Of a stretch of DNA of 64,000 bases, positions 62,554 through 64,000 are shown in pieces. The notes beneath the pieces were generated by a model. It did not search any database. It was not told the DNA's origin and saw nothing but the letters and a program-made list of their open reading frames with translations. The position numbers and the translations under genes are program-made. This stretch comes from an uncultured Bacilli bacterium (GTDB taxonomy: Bacteria > Bacillota_I > Bacilli_A > RF39 > UBA660), in contig CAKPLP010000005.1 of NCBI GenBank assembly GCA_934167695.1, positions 22,955 to 86,954 on the forward strand, written 5' to 3'. Every line of letters starts with the position of its first letter. Position 1 is the first letter of the stretch.

Positions 62554-62793
62554 ATGGTAAGCGTAAGAAAACTTGGAAAGGTATATGAATACCGATTTGA
62601 AATTGCTTTAACTAACATTGGCAAAATATCTTATGAAGTATTAGAAGGATTAAATTATCGTGCTGCAAGACTGGCACAGATTCCTGATGAACAATATCGT
62701 GAAATGTTTAGAAAATATGCTTCTAGTAAAACAAAAACACCACAAGAAACCGAAATGCTATTAGATAGAATTGTTGAAGGAAAAAATCAATAA
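62554..62793 (+). CDS. hypothetical small protein (79 aa from the ATG after a GGAGAG RBS)
   Basis: MVSVRKLGKVYEYRFEIALTNIGK... The N-terminus loosely resembles the KRG-K-W-YR pattern of integrase arm-type DNA-binding domains. There is no catalytic domain. Confidence 0.3.
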   Translation: MVSVRKLGKVYEYRFEIALTNIGKISYEVLEGLNYRAARLAQIPDEQYREMFRKYASSKTKTPQETEMLLDRIVEGKNQ

Positions 62794-62810
62794 CAAAAAA
62801 AGTAGATTTA

Positions 62811-63185
62811 TTGAAGCAAGATATGTATCAAAAATCTAGTGGCAAAGTGAAAGGAACTAATGAATATATGTTTACTGATAATATTGCACAAAAAAACACT
62901 CCTGTAAAAAGCCCTTATAAAAGGCAAGAAGTAATAGATATTGTTACAGGCAAGGCATTTCAAAGGCAAGCACAAACACCCTGGACAAGTAATGAAAAAG
63001 AAGAATTGATGAAACAAAGACAAGATTTAAGACGAGCTCAATTCCACAAAGAACTCAACAAATGGGTTTGGGTCAAAAGCAAGTTCCAAATTTTAATGAT
63101 ATATTTCAACAACAAAAAAGACAACAACAAATTGAGCAACAACAAATGGAAGAAGAAATGGAACATGGTATGTCAATGTAATTAA
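62811..63185 (+). CDS. hypothetical basic protein. It may be disrupted, since a better-looking continuation lies in another frame from about 63062.
   Basis: A Lys-rich, low-complexity C-terminus. The alternative frame encodes MGLGQKQVPNFNDIFQQQKRQQQIEQQQMEEEMEHGMSM. Confidence 0.2.
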   Translation: MKQDMYQKSSGKVKGTNEYMFTDNIAQKNTPVKSPYKRQEVIDIVTGKAFQRQAQTPWTSNEKEELMKQRQDLRRAQFHKELNKWVWVKSKFQILMIYFNNKKDNNKLSNNKWKKKWNMVCQCN

Positions 63186-63189
63186 GGAG

Positions 63190-63848
63190 GAAAAAATAGA
63201 AAAATTATTTGATGCTATTAGAAAAAGCAACATTGAATTAGTTAAGGGTTTAATTAGTTCAGATGCTAGTTTAGTAAATTCAATTTCAATAAAGGGATTA
63301 GAAAAAGACAATGGTCAATCCCCATTACAAGTTGCTATAAAAACCAATAATATTGATATAACAAATTATTTGATAGATAATAATGCTAATGTTAATTTTA
63401 TAGAAAAAGATTCAACTAATGAATGGAAAGCCCCTGTTATTCATGATACTTTAAGAACTGCAATTATGAATACAAGATGGAATACTTTTGATGGTAATAT
63501 AAAAGTTTTCCATACAAAAGAAGAATCAGATAAAGCATTTTCATTATTAAAAAAATTATTGATTTAGGCGCTGATGTTAACGTACACGATTCATATCATA
63601 ATTCTTGTTTAGATCGTGCTTTACTTGATTGCAGGCAAATATTACCTTATTATGATATAGAAAAAGATTTATTAAGCAAAGACAGAGTGTTAACTGATGA
63701 AATCAAAGAAGATATTTCACGAATTATCAAAATACTAATTGATAATGGTGCTGATGTTAATGAGAGAAATATTAACTCTAATAAATCTTTTAAAGAAACT
63801 GCAAACAATAGTGTAATATCTAAATGTTTAACATTTGATATAAAATAA
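63190..63848 (+). pseudogene. ankyrin-repeat protein gene interrupted by a -1 frameshift in an A7 tract (63549-63555). No canonical start codon follows its AAGGAGG RBS.
   Basis: Four ANK-like repeats (GQSPLQVAIKTNNIDITNYLIDNNANVN; LIDLGADVNVHD; LIDNGADVNERN). Removing one A from the tract restores a continuous frame (...FSLLKKLIDLGADVN...). Confidence 0.5.
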
Positions 63849-63863
63849 TGAAAGGAGGAAAAA

Positions 63864-63959
63864 ATGAAAGAGTTTAAACTAAAGGAAAATGAAATTAAGG
63901 AACTTACAACAGTTAAAGGTGGTTGTATAGCATCAGATAGAATTACTGTTGATGGATAA
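63864..63959 (+). CDS. 31-aa peptide with a double-glycine-type leader (MKEFKLKENEIKELTTVKGG) and an 11-aa core (CIASDRITVDG). Candidate bacteriocin/RiPP or pheromone precursor.
   Basis: AAAGGAGG RBS. The leader matches the ELxxVxGG pattern of Gly-Gly leaders. A new ORF begins at 63973 and runs off the window. Confidence 0.4.
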   Translation: MKEFKLKENEIKELTTVKGGCIASDRITVDG

Positions 63960-64000
63960 AAAGTCGGTTATATGTATAGAGAAAACCTTACTAACGAAGC

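Noticed and set aside
62554-62793. A tyrosine integrase or an intact mobile element after secA.
   Set aside because: Only a 79-aa ORF with a weak arm-domain-like N-terminus is present. There is no catalytic R-K-H-R-H-Y domain and no recognisable att duplication within the window. It is kept as a possibility in the findings but is not called a mobile element.

Overview
This window is the replication-origin region of a very AT-rich (about 25% GC), cell-walled, spore-forming Firmicute, probably Bacilli or Erysipelotrichia-like. The core is textbook. dnaA, dnaN, recF, gyrB and gyrA sit on the minus strand, and rpmH, rnpA, yidC, jag, mnmE, mnmG, rsmG, noc, soj and spo0J diverge from them on the plus strand across a bipartite oriC full of TTTTCCACA-type DnaA boxes. 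The yaaT-holB-bofA-recR-ybaB-dnaX-tadA block lies upstream of gyrA, and further housekeeping genes follow downstream (ychF, rpsF-ssb-rpsR, rplI, dnaB helicase, rlmH, ung, argS, rpoE, prfA-prmC, murA, rpmE, rpiB, spoIIID-mbl, hpf-secA). Sporulation genes (bofA, spoIIR, spoIIID, a SpoIIQ-like M23 protein, gerQ-like) place the organism among sporeformers. No rRNA, tRNA or CRISPR was seen. One small RNA, an SRP (4.5S-type) RNA, lies on the minus strand just upstream of tadA. Beyond the core, the sequence suggests nine things worth a second look:
(1) A 1-kb non-coding array downstream of gyrA, where B. subtilis has rrnO, carries 3-4 copies of a composite element: the GC-rich palindrome ATTTCCCGGGAAAT, a DnaA-box-like 9-mer, and the palindrome GTTYCACGTGRAAC. 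The same 14-mer also occurs inside dnaX.
(2) Two further TGTCCAC/TTTTCCACA box clusters lie outside oriC. One is an inverted pair upstream of rpiB. The other is a 120-bp array with a poly-C tract immediately after secA.
(3) A ComK-family gene sits between recF and dnaN.
(4) A Noc paralog carries a roughly 290-aa disordered C-terminal extension.
(5) A HipA-like kinase-fold gene with a 139-aa partner is inserted in the rpsR-rplI core, next to a GdpP-like protein reduced to its DHH/DHHA1 domains.
(6) Two copies of a Cys/Thr-rich secreted-protein gene share a roughly 300-bp block of 100% nucleotide identity. The second copy is 5'-truncated and preceded by an RBS-ATG mini-ORF containing a G9 homopolymer, which looks like gene conversion and an expression-site/cassette arrangement.
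(7) A complete agr-like quorum-sensing locus is present. Its 39-aa AgrD pheromone precursor is absent from the ORF track.
(8) An ankyrin-repeat gene is frameshifted in an A7 tract.
(9) A 31-aa double-glycine-leader peptide gene lies at the window edge.
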